Shown: positions 21,254-33,606 of the stretch, piece after piece | Layout: every line of letters begins with the position of its first letter | Numbering within the stretch: position 1 is the stretch's first letter | Assembly (NCBI RefSeq): GCF_001194135.2 | Contig: NC_069004.1 | Location: forward strand, 1,771,696 to 1,809,810 | Source: Octopus bimaculoides | Taxonomy: Eukaryota | DNA: 38,115 nt | Reading direction: 5' to 3' | Made by a program: the position numbers and the translations under genes | The notes under the pieces: generated by a model | Databases searched by the model: none | Seen by the model: the letters and a program-made list of their open reading frames with translations, nothing else | Told to the model about the DNA's origin: nothing

Positions 21254-22269
21254 ATCACATAAAACATATGAATACATATTTTGTGTATATGAATATAAAT
21301 GTATGTATATGTGTTTGTGTGTGAGAGTGTTAATGTGTGTGTTTGTCTCTCTTTGTGTTGACATTGTGTGGGAGATGTAAACGACTGTGGCTGTCACATA
21401 AGCATGGAAAAGCAGGCATTAAAACAGTGGTGGGGGCGGAGGTGACAGCAGCAGTGTTGGCAGTAGTTGAAGTTGCAATGGTGATGATGATAATGATGAT
21501 GTTGATGGTGCATCAGCAGCTAACCTTTAAAGTCAATAGAGACCAAGTATAAAGCATTAGGCTTATCTCTCCCTGGGCTTAACTTTAGCTTATGATGCTG
21601 TCTATAGCTATAGGAAATGAAGGAGATAAAACAATATGGAAAGAAGCAAGCTAGTCGACCAGCGTATCCATGCTAGCATAGATTCATAAACAACACTAAG
21701 CGCGTTCATCACATTTGTCTCCCTTGAACTAACACCTCTTCAACAAATTCACAAGGAAATCATGTAAAAACAAAATCATCTATACTTCCTGTAAGTGATG
21801 TGTCAACACCTTTGGAATTTCCCAGCAACCACACTTCACAAAATGCAACAGTCCTAAGTAGCCCAACCAGGGAAACCTCTTAGCCATCATTCGATCTGCT
21901 AGAAATAGCAGCTAAATTACTCCTGAAGCAAAACTTGATGTTTTTAAAAAAGAGAAGACACACTGGATAATGTAATAGTCCTAGACATGATTGTCTGGAA
22001 AAATGTCAGGGTAGTCTTCGCTCTAGAATTCCTTTGGTTGTAGGTCTACTCAACCAATGCTTACCTGGGGGGGGGGGGGGGGGAATAACAATGAATATAT
22101 CACCATTCCTAGAAAGTTATACAACACAACCAAAAGGAGAGTTCACATGACACTCCCCTCTGTTGAACAGCTCATGGAAGTACACACACACACACACACA
22201 TGCATATTTCAAGGGCATTTGCAACATGCAGAGTGGAATATAAACTATTTGAAGCATTAGATCTGTATG

Positions 22270-22333
<64 letters not shown>

Positions 22334-23457
22334 TACATGCATACATAATTACATGCATACATACATACATACATACATGTGTGTGTGTATGTATCTGACA
22401 TTGCCAAACATTTGGCTGTCTCTCTTGTTGTCCTGGTCTACTCCAGTTGCATAACAAACAGCAGTAATATATCTAAGCAATGATCTAACACCATGCCTTG
22501 GAGCATCAGTTCTTTGATGGAATTGTAGAATACAATAATGACAAACAACATGCTACAGGACATTTATAAATTTGGTGAATTCTATCCAATGGTGTAGCTG
22601 GGGGTGGGAGATGGGAGGGGGAGCTGCACCAGGTTTCAGTCTTATTTGGCATGGTTTCTACAGCTGGATGCCCTTCCTAATATGCCAACCACTCCAAGAG
22701 TGTAGTGGGTGCTTTTTACATGCCACCAGCATAGTACTTTATTTATTGATCTCAAAGAGGATAAAAGGTAAAGTTGACTTTGACTGGATTTGATCTCAGA
22801 GTACTGGAATGATGACTGCAGGACAATGCATCCAGCGCCCTCGCAGCCCTGCAAATTCGACAGAATGAACATAGAAGGAAAGGTTCTCTCTTTTGTGCAT
22901 TTGTTAAAATCCTCATTTATACGACAATCATTATGGGTTTGTTTTGATAAATACTCTTCAGAACGGCAAGTTAGACTGAGGCAAAGATGGAATGTGAATG
23001 AAGCTCATCAAAATAATACCAAAATCAAAGTGTAAAACAAAACAAAAGACAATGCTAACAGCCAGTCATACACACATCAATTGAGTGTTAGCTTTGATGA
23101 ATTAACAGTTATTAATAATGAAGCTGAAAGGCTATTCATTAGGAGATTAATATGATATTGATATATATATAAAATACGTGTGTGTGTGTGTGGGGGGGGT
23201 TCCTACACATTATTCTTTATGTTTGCTTTTCAATGATAAGCAAAGCATTATATCTAAATAAAATGGCACAAAGCAATAAAAGTACATGATACAAGTACAG
23301 CCCACTGATCCTAAGCAATGATAAAAATTGAATGAAATTGAAAAAAAAAAATTTTTCAGGCATTTATCTTACGCCATTAGCTCTGTTTCAGTAATTAAAC
23401 AACTTTTTTCTACTTCATGTTCTATTAATCATATTTTTGTTACTGTTTGTTTGATAG

Positions 23458-24320
23458 AAAACCTTAATGAACCTGACCAGTTTACTACAGAGCAGACTCA
23501 GCTGAAAACAAGCTCATTCTTTCAAAGAATTAGAAAACAAGAACAACTGATAACAGACTGTAATGACCTCATTTCAGGTGACATTTTAGCATTACATCAT
23601 TCTGTCACCTGTCTGTCTTTTTGACCAATGAAACACCAGTGTTCTATCAGCAATTTTTGCTATTTAAATAGAACCTGAATCATTTTCTCCCTCTTCCCAT
23701 TTATCCTTGGAAGCAACCATACAACCATATGATAGCTATTTTACTCTCCACCCTCTATCTTGTTCCCCCTATTCTTATCACTTTGTCAGTTATTAGCTCC
23801 TTGTTTTGTCTCCACAGAACAGAATTGGCTATCTCAAATCCCAAGAGGCATTGTGGCTGAATGAGAAATCATTTTCTGAACAGTTAATTTCCACCAATTT
23901 GAAAAGACTTACATTATCTACATTTTTCTCTCAACTGCTGCCCATTATCTACTTGTACACATTGACCTTATAAACAAGAAAATATGTTCAAATGCTTACT
24001 ACAGCACAAATTAGCCAATTGACTTTAAAAAAACATGAACGTATATATATATATGTACATTTTCTATTACATATTTTTTATAACATAAATTACATAATTG
24101 ACTTCTGTATGTATAAAATCACAACAGATTATACACACCTAACCTTTTATTGATATAATGTAGCCAAAATTGTTATTTTGCAGTGTATTAATTTTGTAGT
24201 TTTTAAACTTGTACTCACAAACTATATGTAGTCTACTATTGAATTATTGTACCAACAAGATCAGAAGGGGTTTATTTTTTTGTTGGTGAGTAGGAAATAA
24301 AAGAAAGATTAAACATAATT
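23458..24320 (+). other. Candidate downstream exon or 3'UTR of the same gene
   Basis: Acceptor-like tttgtttgatAG at 23457 and donor-like TCAG|GTGACA at 23577 (120 nt, open in one frame). About 800 bp of repeat-free AT-rich DNA follows, with AATAAA near 24295. Confidence 0.25.
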
Positions 24321-24344
24321 CTTTGTTTTTAATTTTTTAAACTG

Positions 24345-24895
24345 TTTTTATCTTTTTATTTGTTTCAGTCATTGGATTGTGGCAATGCTGGAGCACCTCT
24401 TTGAAGGGCTAAGTTAAACAAGTTGACCCAAATACATTTTTTTAAAACATCAAGTGCTCATTCTATCATTCTCTTTTGACAAACTACTAGTAGTTGATTC
24501 ATATTGGCCATTGTAAGGTTTCAATCAATATAAGGACTATATGATTAGTCTAATTATATACAGAGGTGTTGAAGATGGAGATGGAGTGAGTGATATTGTA
24601 AACTGACTTCACAGCTTTGATATAAATACATTTATTGTTCCAGTCAGCAGTATACTGTCAGTGCAATGGCTGTTGCAGCAGTTACTGGCATGGAATGTAT
24701 CACAAATATTTTGTTTTTATTCTTCTATCTTTTACTTGTTTCAATCATTGGACAGCAGCCATATCAAATAAATCAACCTCTACTTTTGTGGGTTAGGCTA
24801 AAGTAGATGATGCTTGCCCAGAGTGTCATGCAGTGGGACTGAACTCGGAACCATGTGATTGGAAAGCAAGCTTCTTACCACACAGCCACACTTGA
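24345..24895 (-). mobile_element. Fragmented family B pieces (tail 24345-24490, tail 24720-24785, head 24805-24895)
   Basis: Reverse-complement words ttttatttgtttcagtcattgg..tgctggagcac and cttgcccagagtg..gcagtgggactgaac..agcaagcttcttaccacacagcc. Confidence 0.7.
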
Positions 24896-25277
24896 GCCTG
24901 TATGTGTGTGTGTGCATGTGTGACAGACTCCATTCACCATGTGGGTACAGATTACATATAATGTGTTCGTGCCAATCATGTAGCAGGTGCTGTTACTGTT
25001 ATTGCTGTGGTTGTTTCCGTTTTTTGTTTTTGTTTTTGTTGCACAGGACAATAATTTGCTGTGTGAACGTTCAACTTCTTTCTCTAGTAGCGAATGGAAA
25101 TATTTAGGCCAAATAGTAATAATAATACTAACAATAATAATAATAATAATTTGCAGAATATTTTAAAGTTTAATAAATATAATACCTGTTAGTTTTAGGA
25201 AACAATAAGACCTACCCATTCCCAGCCCTTCCTTTCTATTTCTCTTCTTTTATCTCACTCTCTCTCTCTGTGTATAT

Positions 25278-25327
<50 letters not shown>

Positions 25328-26476
25328 NNNNNNNNNNNNNNNNNNNNNNNNNNNNNNNNNNNNNNNNNNNNNNNNNNNNNNNNNNNNNNNNNNNNNNNNN
25401 NNNNNNNNNNNNNNNNNNNNNNNNNNNNNNNNNNNNNNNNNNNNNNNNNNNNNNNNNNNNNNNNNNNNNNNNNNNNNNNNNNNNNNNNNNNNNNNNNNNN
25501 NNNNNNNNNNNNNNNNNNNNNNNNNNNNNNNNNNNNNNNNNNNNNNNNNNNNNNNNNNNNNNNNNNNNNNNNNNNNNNNNNNNNNNNNNNNNNNNNNNNN
25601 NNNNNNNNNNNNNNNNNNNNNNNNNNNNNNNNNNNNNNNNNNNNNNNNNNNNNNNNNNNNNNNNNNNNNNNNNNNNNNNNNNNNNNNNNNNNNNNNNNNN
25701 NNNNNNNNNNNNNNNNNNNNNNNNNNNNNNNNNNNNNNNNNNNNNNNNNNNNNNNNNNNNNNNNNNNNNNNNNTCTCTCTCTCTCTCTTTCTGCACCCAG
25801 CTACCTCTGTATCTTACTTAAGCTGATTATCTGAGGAGAGGGAAGAGTTAAGAACACCATCACAAGTTGATCCAGCAATGTTCCTCCCTATTGTTTATTA
25901 CTGTTGCTGTGGACCAGCTAAATATCACCTCTAGTCTGGTTTACATTGCCATGTTGCTGCAGAACTATGGAGCAAACATAACCAGTAAGTTGCTGAAGAG
26001 AGCAACCGAGCAAAGAATCGGAGAGGGTAGGTTACACTGAATAACCGTGTGACAGGCTGGTCAAAAACTGTTATACTTTTATCATGGTACTTAAGTTACT
26101 GTTAACATATTTAATGCAGTGTGTATAAAATATATAATTAGAAATAATTATAAGATGAGATTTAGCTGCTACATTGAGTAGATTATATAAATTACATAAT
26201 AAACTTCCCATCATTTTGTGGGAAGCACCTGATGGTTTGTTATACCTTACTTACAGCACCAGATAACAGTTGTATCACATATCATATATATAACTTCATA
26301 CAACATCTTATATCTTATATTAGATAACAGACATATCATGTATATGACTTCCCAAACCCTTCTTTCGCCAGTTAACACATATATCCTGTATTTAAAGAGT
26401 AGCAAAACATTAAGAGGTGGAGGTTTTTTTTTTTCACAATTTAGAATTTTGAAATATTTTAGTATATTAAGTTAGG

Positions 26477-26835
26477 TTTGACTGTGTGGTTAAAAGTTTG
26501 CTTCCCAGCCACATGATTTCAGGTTCAATCCCATAAGCAGCATCTTCAGCAAGTCTCTTCTAATATAGCCCTGGGCCAATCAAAGCCTCATGAGTCTCCT
26601 TGTTTTGACATCATGTAATAGTTATGAAGAAGTGTCCTTGTCATGTAAGCAGTGTCCTTTGATTCCAGTCTTCTGTGAAAGCATGTCTAGTCATGAAGAA
26701 ATACCATCTCAACAGGAAACATGAGGTAAGGATTGGTGACAGCAAGGGCATCCAACCATAGAAAATCTGCCTCGACAAAATTCCATCCAAATATACAAAC
26801 ATGGAAAAGTGGACGTCCAAACGATGATGATAACG
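26477..26835 (+). mobile_element. SINE with family-B head and family-D (GAT-tailed) 3' end
   Basis: B head at 26477-26595, then a different body and the D tail (agggcatccaaccatagaaa..catggaaaagtggacgt..cgatgatgat). Confidence 0.7.
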
Positions 26836-27189
26836 ATTAAGCAAAGGCATTGGATTTACAGAATCACTACAGCATTGAGTAAGAGACCATGTGGTATTTA
26901 ATTCTATCATTTAGGTTCTGAGTTCAAATCTTGCCAAGATATACTTGGGCAATATCCATTCAATGTGTTCTACTTTTATATGCTGGCATTTTATGATACA
27001 TGTGAGATTTCCTATTTCTAGCTGGTCAAGTAACTGCATAGATTCTCACATTATCTTGCATAACAACACATCTATGTGTGGCAGCATACAAAATGTTCTC
27101 ACCTAATGACATCAGATTTATAATTAGAAGTAGAATATATTAGGTGGTCAAGTATGATATTTGTAGTAAGGTATATGGTAACGTTTGAC

Positions 27190-27306
27190 AGTTTTGGTCG
27201 GCCTGAGGCTATAGTAGAAGACACTTGCCAAGGTGCCATGCAGTGGGACTGAACCCAGAACCATGTGGTTCGTAAGCAAGCTACTTACTACACAGCCACG
27301 CCTACT
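27190..27306 (-). mobile_element. SINE family B head
   Basis: Reverse complement: ggtcggcctgaggctatagtagaagacacttgccaaggtgcca..gggactgaacc..ttactacacagccacgcct. Confidence 0.85.
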
Positions 27307-27405
27307 CTAATTAACAATGCATTAAAAATTTTTTTTCTGGGTGCCAGTTGCTTGAGAGGTCTAGTTATTTGAATACCAGATAAAAGGGAGTTTAGTGCAT
27401 ATACT

Positions 27406-27443
<38 letters not shown>

Positions 27444-27479
27444 CGCCTCTGTGTGTGTGTGTTTATATCCCGTAGCTTG

Positions 27480-27725
27480 ATCACGTGACTGATCGGACTA
27501 CCAGATGTTGTTACACATAGCTGGGTCACAGTGCGCTTTGCATTGTTTTAGCTTCTGGATGATGTCACCCTGCTGGCTAAGCAAGCAGGCCACCGTTTTA
27601 CCTCTGGTCGAAAGGAGGGTTGGAGCAGTGTTGACTGAAGTGTTTTGCTCCAGAACACAACGCTCCACCCAGCCTGGGAATCAAACACACAATCTAGCTT
27701 TCGTGAGTGTGACAGCTTAACAGTA
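27480..27725 (-). mobile_element. SINE with A-like tRNA head and a different body
   Basis: Reversed head words (tgttttgctccagaacacaacgc..cctgggaatcaaac) joined to a body not seen in the other A copies. Confidence 0.5.
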
Positions 27726-27774
27726 GGCTGTGGGCCTTCATGTATGTTTGTGTGCAGGGTGGGGGTGGGGTGGA

Positions 27775-27791
27775 CAGATAGACAGACAGAC

Positions 27792-27842
<51 letters not shown>

Positions 27843-27956
27843 CAGATAGATGGATGGATGTTGGATATAGTCAGACAGACAGACAGACAGATAGACAAAT
27901 AGGTCATTAGAGAGAGAGACAGGTTGACAGACAGACAGATGAAGAGACAGACAGAC

Positions 27957-28015
<59 letters not shown>

Positions 28016-28019
28016 CACT

Positions 28020-28053
<34 letters not shown>

Positions 28054-28055
28054 TA
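27775..28055. repeat. Compound (GACA)/(GATA)n + (CA)n microsatellite
   Basis: Directly visible; produces the IYLS-repeat ORFs. Confidence 0.97.
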
Positions 28056-29519
28056 CCCTCAAGGCTGTGTTGATGATATTAAATGTAGCAATGATATTGT
28101 ACTAATGAACAAAACTCGTAACCCCCTCCCCCCACCCCACTCCAGTTATGCCTCTCCTATAAAACCAGGTAGCACCCTGCTCGCCACTCAGCTGGCTGGT
28201 TTGTAACAAAGGAAGCTAGCTATTTGTTTATAAAAGTGGTTACCCTTAACNNNNNNNNNNNNNNNNNNNNNNNNNNNNNNNNNNNNNNNNNNNNNNNNNN
28301 NNNNNNNNNNNNNNNNNNNNNNNNNNNNNNNNNNNNNNNNNNNNNNNNNNNNNNNNNNNNNNNNNNNNNNNNNNNNNNNNNNNNNNNNNNNNNNNNNNNN
28401 NNNNNNNNNNNNNNNNNNNNNNNNNNNNNNNNNNNNNNNNNNNNNNNNNNNNNNNNNNNNNNNNNNNNNNNNNNNNNNNCCCCAAAGGGAAAGTTTCCAG
28501 GACCCTTGTTGCAGTCTCCTGTGCACATATTTCTTATAATAAAAGTAATCATTCAAATGGGAAAAGGAGAAGTCAAATTGACAAATTTACATATTAAGGA
28601 GAAGTTATTAATAGACCTAAAGTTTCTTGTCAAAACATTTTCCAAACTAAGATTAAACTGAGATTAAAATATTCTGGAAGGTTTATTGATAGCAGTGTCA
28701 TGAATATCTATTAAATATTCTAAAAAATAAAAAAAAATAAAAATAAAAAAATAAAAAAACGAAAACACAAAAAAAAACTACCGTTAATGTCCTGTTATTA
28801 AACTACTGAGAAATTTGGAAAGTCACAGATATAATCTGGTGATACATATCTATATGTTTACCTAGACTATTTATCTTCTTAGGTATACCCATCCATCCCT
28901 TACACACACACACACACACACACACACGCTCTCACACATCCATACTTGTACATATATACATACACACACACACATACACACACATATACATGTGTATGTC
29001 TGTGGGGGGGATGCCTGTGTGTGGAGAGGGGTGTCTGGGGGGAATAGGCTTTTTTCAGTTTCCATCTGCCAAATCCACTCACAAGGCATTAGCTGGCCTT
29101 GGGCTATAGTAGAATATCTGGGGTGGGGAGAGTTCTGTCAATGAAATCTCATTCTGAGGATGAATGGGAGATTTTGCTATTGAAACCAGCTTCAAAGTTC
29201 CTTAATATAACTGGAATATGGCTGGAATTCCTAAGAACATATATATGAATATTCACAGAAATTCCTACCATTTTGTCAGATAACGACTGTTTATTAATCT
29301 TAGATGATTAATTACTTATACATTTCTTCAATTCACAAATTCTTTAACTCTTACCCTTAACTTTCGTTTCTCCAAAGCTTCAAACTTCTAAATATATTCT
29401 TGGCATTTTAAAGTTAATATTTATAAGCCTCTCATTTCTCCAAATACTATTTATCTCTGAATTAGCTGCCATAAGTTACCACTTTTCTTATCAACCAATT
29501 AAAGTGATTCTTTTTTTTT

Positions 29520-29870
29520 TTCTTTTTTTTTCAGTCATTAGACTGCGGCCATGCTGGAGCACCACCTTTAGTCGAACAAATCGACTCCAGGAATTATTCT
29601 TTGTAAGCCCAATACTTATTCTATCGAGCTCTTTTGCTGAACTGCTAAGTTACGGGGATGTAAACACACCAACATTGGCTATCAAAACAGACATTGGTTG
29701 TCAACACACACAGACACACACGCACACATATATATAGGCACAGGAGTGGCTGTGCTGTAAGTAACTTGCTTACCAACCACATGGTTCCGGGTTCAGTCCC
29801 ACTGCATGGAACCTTAGGCAAGTGTCTTCTACTATAGCCTCGGGCCGACCAAAGCCTTGTGAGTGGATAT
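29520..29870. mobile_element. Family B tail (- strand, 29520-29705) back-to-back with a family B head (+ strand, 29735-29870)
   Basis: Direct matches to the family B words seen at 13330-13745. Confidence 0.8.
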
Positions 29871-29918
29871 GTATATATGCATGTATATATATATATGTGA
29901 GTGGATATGTATATATGC

Positions 29919-29977
<59 letters not shown>

Positions 29978-31809
29978 CACACTGTCCACGTGTATTTTAC
30001 ACTTCAATCATAGCAAGTACTTTGTCATGTGACCATTTATATAACGTTACAAGATGCCAGCTGTACACAGAATGGATATTTAATCATGAAGCTATATCTG
30101 GTCTAATTGTTGTTTATATATGTGCATAGGCTGTTCTTATGAAATCCATTTAATTCAAAGGATAATCTGACAAGCATTATCTAAGCAGTGACACCTTACA
30201 ACAGGAAGTGGCCTGGCTTTATACCGCTCTGATACCACCACTGTTATGGACCTGTTTGTGGAGTTTGAGCTGAGGGAGGCCTTTCTGCAATTCCTCGGTC
30301 TGCTAGAAATAGCAGTGAAATTTCACCCAAATTGTACTACATCATCATCATCATTATCATCATCATTTTAATGTTCACTTTTCGATGCTTGCGTAAGTCA
30401 CATGATATTTCTACAGCACACTTAGCTCAAGCAACTGAGGTCAACTTAGCCATTTGTTCTATCGGAGTCGATAAATAAAGTACCACTTCTGTCCTGAGTC
30501 AATTCTTTTCTTTCCCTTTCTCTTTCTTTCTGTCTGTTTGTCTTAACTTCCAGAAAGAAATTTACTGTGGTCAGATATGGAGAGGAACAGGTAGGAGAAA
30601 GAAGGGGCCCTGCCATGTCTGAAAAAGTTCCCAAGACATGTTAAGCACCCAAAGCAAGGCATGTGCAAAATTTAAGCTCCTGTTGAACCATCCAACCCAT
30701 GCCAGCATGGAAAACAGACGTTAAATGATGATGATGATGATGATGATGACGGTAACAACGATGACAATGCAATGTGAGCTATTGTGTTTTCTGTAGTGTC
30801 AACATCCAAGCATCATCACTATTTTTCCATATCCTTCAGCATTTCCCATGGAACTCTTTGGTCTTCTGCCTGCAAGAGAAATATCTAGGTGGGGGTGGGG
30901 AAATTCCAGGAGGGTGACATTCACTATAGATGGAGTGAGGAGAGGATCGTAGCAGCTAGAGTAGGGGCTGGTAAGTGAGGCACTGTGAATAACCGAAAGA
31001 GCAGAGTTGAGGAACATAGGTCATAGTAGTAGAGGTAGAAACAAATGAATGAGGAGACAATGTGGAACTGAAACCGAAACCTACATGGTTGCAAACTGAG
31101 CTTCTTAGCCACAAGGCCATAACTGCACCTTGTTTTTATTGCATTTTATCAAAGAGTTAAGGAGGTACAATCCCATTTCTTTGATAAAAGCAGTGCTATT
31201 GTGTTGTGGAAGAAGACAAGACTGATATGCTTCCACCTGGGAATGTTTATGAGATTTCGGTGTCTAGATTTCACATGGAGCGTACTTAGGTGAGGGAGGT
31301 GGGAGGAGAGTAACAACTGGTGTCACCTGGTCAGATGTGGACTTTGTTAGAGGTGACGTTAGCAATTGTTGTCTTTAAATCAACAAATTGGATTTCATTG
31401 ATCAAATTTCGTTATTCAGCTTTGAAATTGTGACCTATATCTGCTGAGTATAAGGTTCTTTTATGACGTAGGGTTCTAACCCTTGGACAATACGGCTTTT
31501 TCTCTTAAGACAAATATTTTGATGGCTCTGTGTTAAATCCATTTTTTGTCATTAAGATTTATCATTTTATCATTAACATTTGTCAAAATAGATATAGGGA
31601 TAATGGCAAATGGCCCCCCATACTGGTGGCACATAAAAGCACCCATTACACTCTCAGAATGGTTGGCGTTAGGAAGAGCATCCAGCCATAGAAAACCATG
31701 CCAAATCAGACTGGAGTCTAGTGCAGCCTTCCAGCTTACCAGCCCTGGTCAAACTGTCCAACCCATGCCCTGGTCAAACTGTCCAAAGTATTAATCAACG
31801 TGAGGTTGA

Positions 31810-31910
31810 AGTAGCAGGCACTTTTCCAAAATGTGTCATGCAGTGGGATTGAACTCAGGACTACATGGCTGGAAAGCAAACTTCTTAAACCACACAACCA
31901 TGCCTGCACC
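31810..31910 (-). mobile_element. SINE family B head
   Basis: gcagtgggattgaactc..aagcaaacttcttaa.ccacacaaccatgcctgcacc. Confidence 0.7.
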
Positions 31911-32039
31911 CTTGGTCAGTGACATCACAAGCAAAGCTGAACGATGGATTTAGTTTCAGTGTTGATGCCCAAAGCAAATAGGTTATAGCAAATTGGATGT
32001 TTACTTACAATGAATTAATTATTATTTCAGCCTTTGCAT

Positions 32040-32195
32040 ATATCATCATCATCATCATCATCATCATCATTGTTGTTGACATAACCGTTGTCATCGTCAT
32101 TGTCTTTGTCGTCGTCATCGTTATTGTTGTTGCTATCTTCATTGCTGTCGTCATTGTCATTGTTACCATTATCTTCATCACAATCGTCCTCACCG

Positions 32196-32233
<38 letters not shown>

Positions 32234-32275
32234 GTCTTCGTCGTCGTCGTTGTCATCATCATCATCATCATTGTT
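32040..32275. repeat. Degenerate (CAT/CGT/TGT)n trinucleotide tract
   Basis: Directly visible; produces poly-D/M/I/S ORFs in four frames. Confidence 0.95.
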
Positions 32276-32689
32276 CTCATGACTTTCCAATGCTTGCATG
32301 AGTCAGGCAGGATTCGTTGAGCCAGATTCTCCACAGCCAGATGCTGTTCTCGTTGCCATCCTTCACCTCTTTCCAAGGAAAATAATATTCCCCCTCCCCC
32401 CCTCCCCATGTTTGAACAAGGTTTTACAATAGATTGCAAGGAAACAATCTNNNNNNNNNNNNNNNNNNNNNNNNNNNNNNNNNNNNNNNNNNNNNNNNNN
32501 NNNNNNNNNNNNNNNNNNNNNNNNNNNNNNNNNNNNNNNNNNNNNNNNNNNNNNNNNNNNNTGTGTGTGTGTGTGTGGGTTACTAAACTATCTTCTTGTT
32601 TCTCCCAACTTGGTAAATGGCGAAAGAAATTAAGATTTTGGCAGGAAACCTGGAGAGCTGTATCTCACAAGGCTTTTCTGGTTTCTATA

Positions 32690-32916
32690 ATAATAGTAAT
32701 AATCCTTTTCCTTATAGGCACAAGGCCTGAAATTTGCGGGAGGGGGATAGTTGATTACAATGACCCCAGTACTCAGCTGGTACTTAATTTATCGACCCCG
32801 AAAGGATGAAAGGTAAAGTCGACCTCAGTGGAATTTGAACTCAGAACGTAAAGACAGACGAAATACCGCAAAGCATTTCATCCAGAATGCTAACGATTCT
32901 GCCAGCTCACTGCCTC
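32690..32916 (-). mobile_element. SINE family C, near full length
   Basis: Reverse complement of the head and body through the caaggcctgaaattt tail. Confidence 0.88.
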
Positions 32917-32959
32917 AATAATTAGGAGGAGGAGGAGGAGGAGGAGGAGTCCATCCAAA

Positions 32960-33182
32960 GTACTAAATATTCAAACAATTTCACTCCTTTGTCACTCTGT
33001 GCCATTGTTTCAATTAATTTTTGAAAATAATTAAAGAATTTAGTGAAATAACTTTATCGTTATTAAGCTGATGTTTTCGAACATAAGTTAACACGAGTTT
33101 TTTGATGGAAGGATTTAATTTAGATCCCTTTAAAACAGGGAAGTTTGTATCACAGAATCAGGGTGAGGGTCTCAGGGGTTAA
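32960..33182. mobile_element. Diverged relative of the TTAA MITE at 4766
   Basis: Collinear internal words (ttcaattaatttt..aaagaatttagt.aaataa..tt...agct.atgtt..tggaag.....aatt); ends in GGGGTTAA at 33175-33182. Confidence 0.55.
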
Positions 33183-33394
33183 ATTAAGGAAGTGCAGGCC
33201 AGCAAAATGACAGAGTAACAGATGCAGTTGTCTTTTAGGATTTTGGAAACTATGGTAATTCCAAAGTGAAAGACATCTTTTCTCCTTCGTTAACACATGA
33301 TATTGCAATGTTTTGTATTGTTACAATACATTGACAACAATGTAAAATATAAAACAATATGTACAAAAGACAAATGACAAAAAACACCATATTC

Positions 33395-33606
33395 TTTTTT
33401 TTTATTTGTTTCGGTCATTTGATTGTGGCCATGCTGGAGCACTGCACTTAAGGATTTTTTAGTCGAAGAAATCAACCCCAGGGCTTATTCTTTATAAGCC
33501 TAGGACTTATTTTATCAATCTCTTTTGCTGAACTGCCTAGTTACGGAGACGTAAACACACCAACATCGGTTGTCAAGTGATGGTGGGTGGGGACAAACAC
33601 AGACAC
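33395..33606 (-). mobile_element. SINE family B tail
   Basis: ttgtttcggtcatttgattgtggccatgctggagcac..tgctgaactg..agttacggagacgtaaacacaccaacatcggttgtcaag. Confidence 0.85.

Larger units (their letters stand above)
9001..30335. repeat. Short dispersed repeat (family E) at ~9001-9030, 21890-21990, 26155-26185(-), 27005-27030(-), 30299-30335; span is only a container
   Basis: Shared core tctgctagaaatagcag(c/t)..aa(a)t. Confidence 0.55.

Noticed and set aside
18725-22070. Isolated minus-strand donor-like sites (~18732, ~22060)
   Set aside because: No matching acceptors or open coding frames, so no antisense gene can be built.
31743-31786. 19-bp direct duplication ccctggtcaaactgtccaa
   Set aside because: Local slippage inside a family D tail; no functional implication.
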